Source: Nitrospirota bacterium
GTDB lineage: Bacteria; Nitrospirota; Thermodesulfovibrionia; Thermodesulfovibrionales; Dissulfurispiraceae
DNA: 64,000 nucleotides
Direction: 5' to 3'
Assembly: GCA_963710375.1 (NCBI GenBank)
Contig: CAVPZX010000005.1
Span: 288,001 to 352,000, forward strand
Part shown: one piece after another, positions 9,610 through 19,576 of the stretch
Position numbering within the stretch: position 1 is the first letter of the stretch
How the letters are laid out: every line of letters begins with the position of its first letter
Made by a program: the position numbers and the translations under genes
Notes under the pieces: generated by a model
What the model was told of the DNA's origin: nothing
Databases searched by the model: none
Seen by the model: the letters and a program-made list of their open reading frames with translations, nothing else

Positions 9610-10800
9610 TTGTTGTATAAAACTCGAGTGCTGAAAGATCGGTATCTCACCCAGTATATTGTAGAAGACCTGAAGGACAAAATGGTCTTTGTCGGAGGGC
9701 CCCGACAGGTAGGAAAGACGACCCTCTGCCGGAACTTTGTTGCGGCCTCTTTCAGGAGCCACGCTTACTTCAATTGGGACAACAGGGCTGACAGAAAGGC
9801 GATTATGGCAGCCTCGTGGCCGGGTAACGCCGAACTTCTTATCTTTGATGAAATCCACAAATACCGGCACTGGAAGGGGCTCATAAAGGGCGAATACGAC
9901 AAGCTTAAGGATAGGTTCAAGTTTATCGTTACCGGCAATGCCAGGCTTGACCTCTATAGAAGGGGCGGCGATTCCCTGCAGGGGAGGTATCATTACTACA
10001 GGCTTCACCCCTTTTCATTGGCTGAGATAGAAGGCATCCCTTACAGGGCCTCGGTGTTCCGCGAAATACCTTTGGGGCAGGAATTTTATCAGGATGCCCT
10101 GGTTATGCTGGACGGCTTCGGAGGCTTTCCCGAGCCTGTCACCGGGCAGAGCAAACGGCAGCTCAGGCGCTGGCACAATGAGAAGATAGAAAGGATGTTT
10201 CGGGAAGACATACTGGATGTCCAGGCAATCCGGGATATCGGCAACATGAAACTACTGAGCGACATCCTGCCCTCAAAGGTCGGCTCCCTCCTGTCGCTCA
10301 ACGCCATACGGGAAGACCTTGAGGTCAGCCATCGCGCGGTGACGCACTGGATGGATATCCTTGAAGCATTCTACTACCACTTTCGTATCTATCCTTACGC
10401 TGCAAAGAATATACGATCTCTCAAAAAAGAGCCTAAATTATACTTATGGGACTGGTCCGAGATTGAGGATGAGGCTGCACGCTTCGAGAATCTTGTCGCA
10501 TCCCATCTTCTCAAATTCGTACATTTCATAGTAGATCATGAAGGTCATAAGGCGGAACTTTACTACCTGAGAGATGTGGACAAACGGGAAGCGGACTTTC
10601 TTGTGACCATAAACAAAAAACCCTGGTTCGCTGTCGAGGTGAAGCTCAATGATACTTCCCTCTCTCCGGGTCTGCTATATTTCAGGGAAAGGCTTGCTAT
10701 CCCTTACGTGTATCAAGTGGTGAAAAAAGAAAGGACTGACATGCTTGAGAAAGGGGCAAGGACCATTTCTGCCGGGAAATTCCTTGCGGGACTTTTATGA
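9610..10800 (+). CDS. AAA_14/DUF4143 family ATPase
   Basis: GPRQVGKT, FDEIHK, SLQGR, GGFPE, PKLY..D, FENLVA, EADF, EVK. The start may be GTG 9628. Confidence 0.9.
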   Translation: MLYKTRVLKDRYLTQYIVEDLKDKMVFVGGPRQVGKTTLCRNFVAASFRSHAYFNWDNRADRKAIMAASWPGNAELLIFDEIHKYRHWKGLIKGEYDKLKDRFKFIVTGNARLDLYRRGGDSLQGRYHYYRLHPFSLAEIEGIPYRASVFREIPLGQEFYQDALVMLDGFGGFPEPVTGQSKRQLRRWHNEKIERMFREDILDVQAIRDIGNMKLLSDILPSKVGSLLSLNAIREDLEVSHRAVTHWMDILEAFYYHFRIYPYAAKNIRSLKKEPKLYLWDWSEIEDEAARFENLVASHLLKFVHFIVDHEGHKAELYYLRDVDKREADFLVTINKKPWFAVEVKLNDTSLSPGLLYFRERLAIPYVYQVVKKERTDMLEKGARTISAGKFLAGLL

Positions 10801-10986
10801 ATACTTGACCGGATAAAAGGAAGAAAAGAGCATTTCTTCCCTTTAGAACTTCTCGAAAACCAGTTCAAGGCGTTGGAAGCGCCTCAAAATGCTATTACTG
10901 CGCAGATTCGCAAGGCGCCTGAAGAGATATGCTCGGAACTTATCGGTCAACTTGTAAGCAAAGGATTTGTTTTTATGCCCTCCTGA
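10801..10986 (+). pseudogene. C-terminal fragment of a gluconokinase-like gene
   Basis: Translates as ILDRIKGRKEHFFPLELLENQFKALEAP..., matching the GntK R..HF.P..LL.SQF..LE.P motif. The N-terminus is absent. Confidence 0.6.
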
Positions 10987-11061
10987 AGCCGGGAGGAGTG
11001 TTTTAGATGCGCCTCCCTGATTTTGAGTTTATTATATCTTCTCCGGAGATGCCGTCTGAGC
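10971..11061 (+). repeat. Degenerate 91-bp direct copy of 7833-7923
   Basis: About 7 mismatches in 91 bp by eye, including a GAG>TAG change in the original frame. Confidence 0.9.
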
Positions 11062-11112
11062 TGACTTAATGGATGCTTATGGGAAAAAATGAATACGGCC
11101 TTAACATTTTAC

Positions 11113-11190
11113 ATTAAAGGGTATCCCAATCTCGATCCCAAAGATGTCAAAGAGGCATTGAGATACGTTTCCTAGCTCGCGAAGAAGAAC
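11113..11190 (+). pseudogene. DUF433-like antitoxin C-terminal remnant
   Basis: IKGYPNLDPKDVKEALRYVS*LA resembles the DUF433 YP.L...D...AL.YA motif. Confidence 0.5.
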
Positions 11191-11280
11191 TTCAATCCGT
11201 TCCCGGCCACAGTAGACTTAAGGATATCCGGTCTGATAAATTAATAATACGTCTTCTTTTTGAATTATGGCACCTTCAAT

Positions 11281-12457
11281 ATGAAAATATCTATTGATTT
11301 CAAAATATTATGGGATAGCTTCGATGAGTGTCCGGACTCAGATGTTGACCGCACAGAGCCTTTAAAATCATGCATTCATAGCGGCAATGCCGGAGATATT
11401 ATTTATTCCCTGCCGACGGTAAAAGAGTTGGGCGCCAGCCATTATGTGATAAATCTATATTCTCAACCAGAAGGCGGGTGGCGAAAAATGGATTATTCCA
11501 CTGCCAGGTCATTGGCCTCCCTTTTATTGGTACAGTGTTATATCAAGAGAGTAACGATTGTGTCCAGCAATCTCCCCCTTGAATCCGTTCAACCTAAAAA
11601 TTGAGAACATAGACTTTAATCTTGACAAGTTCCGCCTGCAGGATTGGCGCAAGCATCATTTGGCAATATGCCATTCTATGGCGTTTGGGCTTTACGTGAA
11701 TTTGTATAAAAAATGGATCGACTTAGGTGAGGATTTGCCGACCGGGGATTATGTTGTTGTTTCGTTTTCTCCCCGCTATCGTTCATTAACGAGGGAGTTC
11801 TGGATTGATGTCTTGTCCGGGCTTGACAAAGTCGTTGCAATTGGAGTCCCCCAGGAATTTTATTGTATGCAAGGCATTACCGCTGACTTTGTCACATGTT
11901 CAAACATGCTCGAAATGGCACGCATTATCGGTGGAAGCCGTCTGTTTATCGGCAATCCAGGCTTGACGTATGCCATTGCCGAAGGGCTAAAAGTGCCAAG
12001 AATTGTTGAAATGTCTGCAGAATTTCCTAATGCCTACCCCATAGGGCGGTCCGGATATCTGGCTCCGAATTCTGTTACAGAGGCAAGGAATTTAATCCAG
12101 AATCTATTATCTGATTCATCAAGGGACAACCTCCTTTACCGTAATGAAACCCTTGTACGCAATGTCCTGAAACTTGAAGAGGAACTAGGCAACAAGAATG
12201 ACCGTATCAGCGATCTTGAAGCTCAAATTGGCAATCTCGACGTAAACTCTTCTAACCTGGCAAGAGAACTTCGCCAAAATGATGAGACACTGCAAGCCAT
12301 CTACACATCCCATGGATGGAAACTCCTCTCGCTTTACTACCGGATACGGGATCGCGTACTCCCCGCAAACAGCATGAGGAGGAACGCAGTGAAATTCCTC
12401 TGGAATCTCCCTAAACATGACAGCAAATCGGCAAAAGACAAGGGAAGAAGTGAATAG
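11281..12457 (+). pseudogene. GT9/heptosyltransferase-like protein with C-terminal coiled coil; split by a +1 frameshift at about 11596-11600 (possibly a sequencing error)
   Basis: HSGNAGDIIYSLP in one frame. DFNLDKFR...FIGNPG...AIAEGLKVPRI, a coiled coil and SHGWKLL in the next. The junction is an A5 run. Confidence 0.6.
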
Positions 12458-15400
12458 GGCTGACTTGAAAGCTATCGCGTTTTATCTGCCCCAATTCCAT
12501 CCCATTCCCGAAAACGACCAATGGTGGGGCGAGGGTTTTACAGAGTGGATCAATGTTAAAAAAGCAAAGCCGCTCTTTGAAGGCCATTGGCAGCCCCGTA
12601 TTCCCGCTGACCTTGGATATTACGACCTCCGTGATCCCCAGGTGCGGCGTGAGCAGGCCAGGCTCGCTAAGACGTACGGTCTTCACGGGTTTTGCTATTA
12701 CTATTATTGGTTCAACGGCAAAAAACTCCTCGACTTTCCATTGCAAAAAGTCCTGGAAAGCGGAGAGCCTGATTTCCCATTTTGCATGTGCTATGCGAAT
12801 GAAAACTGGACCAGGGCATGGGATGGACTGGAACAGGATATATTAATAAAGCAGGAGCACAGTCCTGAGAATGATCTGCGTTTTATTCATGACATCATCC
12901 CTATCCTGAGGGACCCGCGGTATATTAAGGTAAATAATAAACCTTTGTTACTGGTTTACAGGGCCCACCTTTTCCCGGACCCGCGAAAAACTGCAGAGTT
13001 ATGGCGTGCAGCAGTAAAAAGTGCGGGGCTGGACGACCTGTATCTCTGCAAGTGTGAAGCTTTTGGAGATTATGTGCCTCCTGAGGAAATTGGGTTTGAC
13101 GCGAATGTGGAATTCCCTCCGCTTGGCGTAAGGGAGATTCCGAGGCTGAGCGAATATGAGGAGCGTATAAGGACATCGCAGCCTCTTGTCAGCGGTTACG
13201 TCTATGATTATGAAACTGCTGCGCACGTGATTATGAGCCGGAAGTGGCCCGATTACAGGCTGTTTAGGGGTATTATGCTCGGATGGGATAACACGGCACG
13301 GCGGCGCGAGGGACCAACTATTTACCATCATTTCTCACCCGAGGTTTATGAAGAATGGCTTGCCTTTATTTCCAAACAGTCGGTGCAACAACATCTGCAA
13401 GAAGAGAGGATCGTCTTTATCAATGCGTGGAACGAATGGGCTGAGGGGACCTACCTCGAACCTGATCAGAAATACGGATTGCGTTGTCTAGAAGCAACGA
13501 AGAGGGCAATAGAATCGGCAGAGATGATACAGCATAGGGGCGCCCGTATCGGGGATCTGAAAACGTACGGCGGTAAACTGGCAGAGGTCCTGTGGTATAG
13601 AGACGCCCGTATCGGGGATCTGGAGACGCACACCAATAACATGGCCGCTCATATTACTAATCTTGAGGCTGTGATAACGGACAAAGATATGCATATTACT
13701 CATCTTGAGGCTGCGATAACGGACAAAGATATGCATATAGGGAATCTTGAGGCTGCGATAACGGACAAAGATATGCATATAGGGAATCTTGAGGCTGCGA
13801 TAACGGACAAAGATTTGCATATAGGGCAACTTGCTGCATCTTTAGGCGAAAAAGAGGCTTATATAGAGCTTATCCATTCGGGGCACGGCTGGAAACTTCT
13901 AAACAAGTATTTCCGGATGCGCGATAAACTTTTGCCTGTCGGCTCTAAAAGAAGAACTGCGGCAAAGGTGCTTTTTAGGTTGCCATGGTTGATTTCGAAA
14001 GAGAATGCCGATAAAGCCATACAGTATGTCAAAAAATATGGTCTTAAAGCCTTTCTATTAAAGTCCAAGGAAAGAGTAATTATAGACGTTGATAATCCCT
14101 ATCAACAATGGATGGATAAGAATGAACCTAATCCGATTGAACTGAAAAAGCAGAGAGAAGTAAAATTTTCTTATGAACCAAAAATAAGTATAATTGTGCC
14201 GACCTACAATACACCGGAGAATCTTTTGAAAGATATGATCGAGTCGGTTCTGGATCAATCCTATTCTAATTGGGAGTTCTGTATTGCAGATGGGAGTATG
14301 CATGATTCACTCACAAAAGAGGTTTTAAAAGAATATTCGAGGAAAGATTCAAGAATAAAAGTGTCGTTTCTTTCTGAAAATAAAGGCATAGCAGGAAATT
14401 CTAATGAGGCTTTGTCTTTAGCAAGCGGTGATTATATTGCCTTCCTGGACCACGATGATGAACTGAGTCCCGATGCCTTGTACGAAGTGGTTTCGCTCCT
14501 TAACGAGAAGCCTGAAACTGAATTCATTTACTCGGATGAGGACAAGATGAATGAAAAGGGAGAAAGATATGAGCCCCACTTCAAACCTGATTGGTCGCCG
14601 GACACATTCCGGAGCTATAACTATATTTGTCACTTCACAGTAATCAGGAAAGCGCTGGTGGATAAAGGTGGAGGTTTTCGTCCGGGGTTCGATGGCTCGC
14701 AGGATTATGATCTGTTCCTCAGGGCTACGGAAAGAACAAAGCATATAGAACATATACCAAAAATTCTGTATCACTGGCGAAGTGTAGGGGGTTCGGCAGC
14801 AGGCGATGTTACAGCGAAGACCTATGCTTTTGAAAGCGCGAAAAAGGCCCTGAGGGAGCACTTGGAGAGGGTGGGTCTGCACGGAGAAGTGCAGGACGGG
14901 CCTTTCCTGAGGTCCTACCGGACGACATACAGAATCGAGGGGAGTCCGTTGGTATCCATTATCATTCCGACCCGCGACAAAGTGGATCTGCTGAAGACAT
15001 GCCTTGAATCCGTTGCGCAGCTTACATCTTACCCGTCATACGAAATAGTAGTGATTGACAACCAGAGCGAGAGTCATGAGACGTTCCGCTATTACGATGA
15101 GTTGAAGGAAGCTGGACGAGTGCGGCTGCTGCAGTACAGCGAGCCGTTCAATTTTGCGGCGATCAACAACTATGCTGTAAAAGAAGCGAAAGGCGACCAT
15201 CTGCTCTTCTTGAACAACGATACCGAGGTTATCACTCCTGACTGGATTGAACAAATGCTTATGTACTCACTCAGGAAAGATATCGGGGCCGTTGGTGCTA
15301 AACTGTATTATCCCGATGGCTCAATCCAGCATGCAGGCGTAATTGTTGGTCTTGGCGGGGTAGCGGGACATTCACATAAGTATTTTAGCAGAGCATCCGC

Positions 15401-15770
15401 AGGTTATTTCAGCAGGCTGGAGATTGTACAAAACCTGAGTGCAGTGACGGCGGCGTGCATTATGGTCCGCCGGGATGTATTTGATGAAGCAGGCGGATTC
15501 GATGAAAGCTTTTCCCATGCCTTTAACGATGTTGATTTATGCTTGAAAATCAGACAAAAGGGGTATCTGATAGTTTTCACGCCCTATGCGGAGCTTTATC
15601 ACCACGAATCAAAAACAAGAGGGTATGAGGATTCGGCTGAAAAGCAGGAACGCTTTAAAGGGGAGATCGCACTTTTCAGACAGAAGTGGAGACATTTTCT
15701 GGAACAGGGCGACCCATACTACAATCCTAACCTGACCCTCGATAAAGAAGATTTCTCGATAAAGCTATAA
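12450..15770 (+). CDS. Multidomain protein: GH99-like/WbsX domain, coiled coil, two GT2 domains
   Basis: IAFYLPQFHPIPENDQWWGEGFTEW...NAWNEWAEG, then heptad repeats, then ISIIVPTYN..LDHDD and VSIIIPTRD..LNNDTE. Probable GTG start at 12450 (ORF open from 12417). Confidence 0.92.
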   Translation: MNRADLKAIAFYLPQFHPIPENDQWWGEGFTEWINVKKAKPLFEGHWQPRIPADLGYYDLRDPQVRREQARLAKTYGLHGFCYYYYWFNGKKLLDFPLQKVLESGEPDFPFCMCYANENWTRAWDGLEQDILIKQEHSPENDLRFIHDIIPILRDPRYIKVNNKPLLLVYRAHLFPDPRKTAELWRAAVKSAGLDDLYLCKCEAFGDYVPPEEIGFDANVEFPPLGVREIPRLSEYEERIRTSQPLVSGYVYDYETAAHVIMSRKWPDYRLFRGIMLGWDNTARRREGPTIYHHFSPEVYEEWLAFISKQSVQQHLQEERIVFINAWNEWAEGTYLEPDQKYGLRCLEATKRAIESAEMIQHRGARIGDLKTYGGKLAEVLWYRDARIGDLETHTNNMAAHITNLEAVITDKDMHITHLEAAITDKDMHIGNLEAAITDKDMHIGNLEAAITDKDLHIGQLAASLGEKEAYIELIHSGHGWKLLNKYFRMRDKLLPVGSKRRTAAKVLFRLPWLISKENADKAIQYVKKYGLKAFLLKSKERVIIDVDNPYQQWMDKNEPNPIELKKQREVKFSYEPKISIIVPTYNTPENLLKDMIESVLDQSYSNWEFCIADGSMHDSLTKEVLKEYSRKDSRIKVSFLSENKGIAGNSNEALSLASGDYIAFLDHDDELSPDALYEVVSLLNEKPETEFIYSDEDKMNEKGERYEPHFKPDWSPDTFRSYNYICHFTVIRKALVDKGGGFRPGFDGSQDYDLFLRATERTKHIEHIPKILYHWRSVGGSAAGDVTAKTYAFESAKKALREHLERVGLHGEVQDGPFLRSYRTTYRIEGSPLVSIIIPTRDKVDLLKTCLESVAQLTSYPSYEIVVIDNQSESHETFRYYDELKEAGRVRLLQYSEPFNFAAINNYAVKEAKGDHLLFLNNDTEVITPDWIEQMLMYSLRKDIGAVGAKLYYPDGSIQHAGVIVGLGGVAGHSHKYFSRASAGYFSRLEIVQNLSAVTAACIMVRRDVFDEAGGFDESFSHAFNDVDLCLKIRQKGYLIVFTPYAELYHHESKTRGYEDSAEKQERFKGEIALFRQKWRHFLEQGDPYYNPNLTLDKEDFSIKL
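13518..13631 (+). repeat. Imperfect 63-bp-period coding repeat (21 aa)
   Basis: CGCCCGTATCGGGGATCTG occurs twice, 63 bp apart (ARIGDL). Confidence 0.8.
13650..13826 (+). repeat. 42-bp tandem repeat, about 4.2 copies (14-aa di-heptad HIxNLEAAITDKDM)
   Basis: Units start at 13650, 13692, 13734, 13776, with a partial unit at 13818. Confidence 0.95.
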
Positions 15771-15782
15771 GCGCATGCAGGC

Positions 15783-18284
15783 ATGATGATGACCAGGACA
15801 AAGCTGCAGCGGTGCATTGCTATTACCGGCGTGGTTTTTCTTGTTCTCCTTGCCCTTATCCATACACTGCCGGGATTTTTCCTCCGAACGAACCTGTATA
15901 TTGAAGTGCAATCTCGGCAAGCGGATACATACCAGGTTTTTTATGATACCGCTAAAGGTTACAACGAAGCGGAATCTGTGGTATCTTCGCTCCGGGGCAG
16001 TGGAGTTTTTGAAACAATTAGATTTAGGCTTCCGGGGAAAAAAATCAACAAAATTCGGATTGATCCGGGCACGAAGCCGGTGAATATGCTTATCCGGAAA
16101 ATATGCATAAATAGCCTTTTGAGGCAGCGCTGCTGGACAGGACAGGATTTGTTACAGTACACGCCGATGCACGACATCTCAAAATTCGAGGTGACGGATG
16201 GTCTCCTGTCAATTACATCAACTGGCGGAGATCCCTATTTTGAATTCAAAGGGGATTTCTCGCGCGACCAGAGCGTTATATCTTCGTACTATCTGTATCC
16301 CGTCGCTCTACTTCTTTCTCTGGTGCTGTTCTCCTTTCTGTACTGGGAGGATAGTATTATTCGAGTTATAGACGCAGGGCTTCCCGTTCTCAAGAAAGTG
16401 ATTCGTTACAGGTATGTCATTGCGCTGGCCCTGTTTATTATTCTGGTTGCGGCAAAACTCCACGGGTCGTCATTGCCTATGTGGGACCTTTTCATCAAGG
16501 AGAAGATTGATCCGTCTGAAAAGTCGCTTCTCCTTGGGAAGCCGAGGGGAGTCCGCTCCGATGATTGGGTGGTGCAGACCCCTATGTATCTTTCCCAGAC
16601 GCAAAGCAAGGGGTTCTTCCCTGTGATCAATCCAAACATCCGTTCAGACGGTGAGAATATGCTCGTCAGTTATTACGCGCCTGTTTTTGATATCACCCTC
16701 ATCGGAAAACCTTTCAATTGGGGTTTTCTTTTGCTGGGGAAAGAATACGGTCTTTCCTGGTATTGGTGGTCGAAGCTGTTGCTTCTGCTCCTCATCTCCT
16801 ATGAGGTATGTCTTTTACTCACGCGAGGAAATGAACTTCTTTCGGCTCTTGGTGCTTTCTGGATTGCTTTCTCCCCTTTTGTCCAGTGGTGGTTCACCAC
16901 GCCACTTGTGGACCTTATAATCTATTCCCAAGCCCTCATTGTGGCTGCATGCAGTTATCTAACAGCCGCAAACAGGCGAACGAGGCTTTTCCTCGCCGTT
17001 GCTCTGGCCAGCTGCGCTACCGGTTTCATCCTCTCGTTCTATCCGCCATTTCAGGTTTCGCTGGGCTATCTTGTGCTGCTCTTTGTTTCAGTTTACGCCT
17101 ATGTGAACAAAGCGGATATAAGACTGGGGAAGCATGATCTTGCACTTTTATCCATCTCTCTCATTGCAGTTATAGCTATCATTGTATCTTTTGCCGCTCA
17201 ATCCATGGATGCTATCAAACTGATGTATGGGACAGTATACCCAGGCAAAAGGTTTGTTACGGGAGGCGGCTACGATGCAAACTTTTTGCAGTTTTACCTG
17301 ATCAACTGGCTGACCCCTTTCAAAGAGGTCCGTTTTTTGAACCGCTGCGAGGTGGCCACTTTCCTGAACTTTATTCCTGCCGGACTCTTAGTATTTTATA
17401 GGGTGTACCGAAAGGACTCTATGTCACGGACTTTGGGTTTCGCCCTTTTATGCTATATTTTGTTTCAGTTCTCCTGGCTTTTTTTTCATTACCCTGACTG
17501 GTTTGCCCGGTGGTCTTTCTATTTTGCTGTCCCTCAGTACAGGCTGCAGGAAGTGGTAAGCCTCGCGGCTGTCTACCCGAGCATCTGGATGTTCTCCCTC
17601 CTGGCGGAGCACAAGCCATTGAAGCTGTCCGAGGTCTTCGTAATTTCCCTGTTCTCTGAGCTTTTATATGTCTATTCCTTGAAGCATACTTTTATGTTTG
17701 AGTATCTTGGCCCTCTTAATGCAGCCCTGACGCTGGTTATTTTCTTCATGGGGAATTGTTTTTTCCTCCTGGGTAAAAAAAGGCTTTTCAGTCTCTTTGT
17801 CCTGCTTTTTGTTGTTGTGGCAGGCGTAACAGTAAATCCTCTTTCGAGGGGTGTCGGCCCCATTTACAACAAAGTTATTGCACGGAAGACACTCGAAATC
17901 AACAGTGCTCACCCGGGGCAGAAATGGGCGGCTGTAAACAGTCCGGTTTTAGGGAATTTCCTGATAGCACTTGGGGTGAAGTCTCTGAACAGCGTCCAAT
18001 ATTATCCTGACCTGAAGGCATGGAAGATACTAGACCCTGGTGGTAAATACGAGCAGTCTTATAACCGGTATGCTCACGTCTGGGTACAGGTTGCGACAGG
18101 GGAAACCCATTTTGAGGTCAAGCAGGATGATGCTTTCATTCTTTATATTACTCCCGAAGATTTGAGAAAAGTGGGAGTCAGATATGTGCTTTCCAATGGA
18201 GTTTTGCCGGTACAGAGCCCGATAATGAAGGAAATAGATAAAGTGGAAGGCGACAATCTATATATTTACGAGGTGCAGGCGTGA
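15783..18284 (+). CDS. Polytopic membrane protein, probable GT-C glycosyltransferase
   Basis: Periplasmic N-terminal domain (RIDP, DPY), RSDDW acidic motif after an early TM, many TMs, YPP.Q, TVYPG.R, YNRYAH. Confidence 0.6.
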   Translation: MMMTRTKLQRCIAITGVVFLVLLALIHTLPGFFLRTNLYIEVQSRQADTYQVFYDTAKGYNEAESVVSSLRGSGVFETIRFRLPGKKINKIRIDPGTKPVNMLIRKICINSLLRQRCWTGQDLLQYTPMHDISKFEVTDGLLSITSTGGDPYFEFKGDFSRDQSVISSYYLYPVALLLSLVLFSFLYWEDSIIRVIDAGLPVLKKVIRYRYVIALALFIILVAAKLHGSSLPMWDLFIKEKIDPSEKSLLLGKPRGVRSDDWVVQTPMYLSQTQSKGFFPVINPNIRSDGENMLVSYYAPVFDITLIGKPFNWGFLLLGKEYGLSWYWWSKLLLLLLISYEVCLLLTRGNELLSALGAFWIAFSPFVQWWFTTPLVDLIIYSQALIVAACSYLTAANRRTRLFLAVALASCATGFILSFYPPFQVSLGYLVLLFVSVYAYVNKADIRLGKHDLALLSISLIAVIAIIVSFAAQSMDAIKLMYGTVYPGKRFVTGGGYDANFLQFYLINWLTPFKEVRFLNRCEVATFLNFIPAGLLVFYRVYRKDSMSRTLGFALLCYILFQFSWLFFHYPDWFARWSFYFAVPQYRLQEVVSLAAVYPSIWMFSLLAEHKPLKLSEVFVISLFSELLYVYSLKHTFMFEYLGPLNAALTLVIFFMGNCFFLLGKKRLFSLFVLLFVVVAGVTVNPLSRGVGPIYNKVIARKTLEINSAHPGQKWAAVNSPVLGNFLIALGVKSLNSVQYYPDLKAWKILDPGGKYEQSYNRYAHVWVQVATGETHFEVKQDDAFILYITPEDLRKVGVRYVLSNGVLPVQSPIMKEIDKVEGDNLYIYEVQA

Positions 18285-18302
18285 GTCACGGATGGCTGAG
18301 GC

Positions 18303-19475
18303 TCATGTTGATTCTACCCGCAGGATGCTCAGAAAGAAACCGGAAAAAATGATCTGAATGCCGGCTGATAATAACGTCAGTGAAGGAATAGTGAGACGCA
18401 TCATAAAAGTCGGGACAAGCGGCCCGAAAGATGACTCACTCCAAAAGACAAAGGCATAAACTGATCCGGCTATTCCTATTAACGATAATAGTCCTCCTAT
18501 GATAAGACTTCGTTCAAGGGTCAATACTGATAAGAATGATGCAGTGCGTTTATCAATGGGCAAAAATTTGACTCTGGCCGCGAACACGTTTGTGTAGAGG
18601 GCGAAGAAAACTGTCTGAAGACCCAAAATAATTGCAACAGCAGCATACAGCATTGTATGAATATCAAAAGTTACGTGACTGATAGTTTTGGGCCCGGTAA
18701 CAAGTGCGCACATCGCTGCCAGCCCAAGGGATATCAGGGCCACACCAGGATACAGGAAAAGCCAGCGCGGACTGTAAATGAGGAGAAATCTCAAATGCCT
18801 CCATCCGTCCCTCCAGGGCTTAAGGTGTGGAGGACGGCTTCGTCCATCGGGGGAAAGAGTTGTAGGAACTTCAGCGATCCGCAGTTTGTTCAGGGTTGCT
18901 TTAACTATCATTTCAGTGGCAAACTCCATCCCGCTTGTTTGCAGATCCAGCTTGATTATAGCGTCCCTACGAAATCCCCGCATTCCACAATGGAAGTCTC
19001 CCACAGGACTGCTAAAAAATAACTTTCCTATTCCTGTAAGTACAGGGTTGCCCAGATACCGGTTCAGAAAGGGCATAGCTCCACTCTTTATCCCCCCGCT
19101 GAAGCGGTTGCCCATAACGAGGTCATAACCTTCGTGAAGTTTATTTAAAAAAGGGGTCAATTCTGCAAGGTCATAACTGTCATCCGCGTCTGCCATGACA
19201 ATGTATTCCCCCTCAGCTGCTTTGATGCCACCCATCAATGCAGCGCCATAGCCGCGCACCGGAACGTCTACAACGCGCGCCCCATGCTCTACAGCGATGT
19301 ACTGGGAGCCATCATTACTTCCATTGTCTGCGATAATAATTTCTCCCGAGATATTATTTCTTGACAGAAAGGACGCGGCTTTATCAATGCAAATAGCGAG
19401 CGTTTCCGCCTCATTAAGGCATGGCAAAACTATTGAGAGTTCACACTGATGGGCTTCTGTTCCGGTATTATTCAT
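18303..19475 (-). CDS. DPM1-like GT2 polyprenyl-phosphate glycosyltransferase with C-terminal TMs
   Basis: PCLNEAET, ADNGSNDGS, GYGAAL, DADDSYD, DFHCGMRGF, GMEFATEM. Confidence 0.9.
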   Translation of the reverse strand: MNNTGTEAHQCELSIVLPCLNEAETLAICIDKAASFLSRNNISGEIIIADNGSNDGSQYIAVEHGARVVDVPVRGYGAALMGGIKAAEGEYIVMADADDSYDLAELTPFLNKLHEGYDLVMGNRFSGGIKSGAMPFLNRYLGNPVLTGIGKLFFSSPVGDFHCGMRGFRRDAIIKLDLQTSGMEFATEMIVKATLNKLRIAEVPTTLSPDGRSRPPHLKPWRDGWRHLRFLLIYSPRWLFLYPGVALISLGLAAMCALVTGPKTISHVTFDIHTMLYAAVAIILGLQTVFFALYTNVFAARVKFLPIDKRTASFLSVLTLERSLIIGGLLSLIGIAGSVYAFVFWSESSFGPLVPTFMMRLTIPSLTLLSAGIQIIFSGFFLSILRVEST

Positions 19476-19576
19476 GGAAACTTTGTTATGTTACTCGGAT
19501 AGCCGTCGCGATGTCAACGTTTTGCGATATCTTCGTGATACGAAGTCCTTTTTTAGATTGGTGAACTCAGAGCAAT

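Noticed and set aside
7833..11061. The 91-bp duplicate as a DGR TR/VR pair
   Set aside because: Mismatches are not confined to adenines, and the source is mid-gene.
13650..13826. CRISPR array
   Set aside because: The 42-bp units are contiguous, have no spacers and are in frame within a CDS. No cas genes are present.
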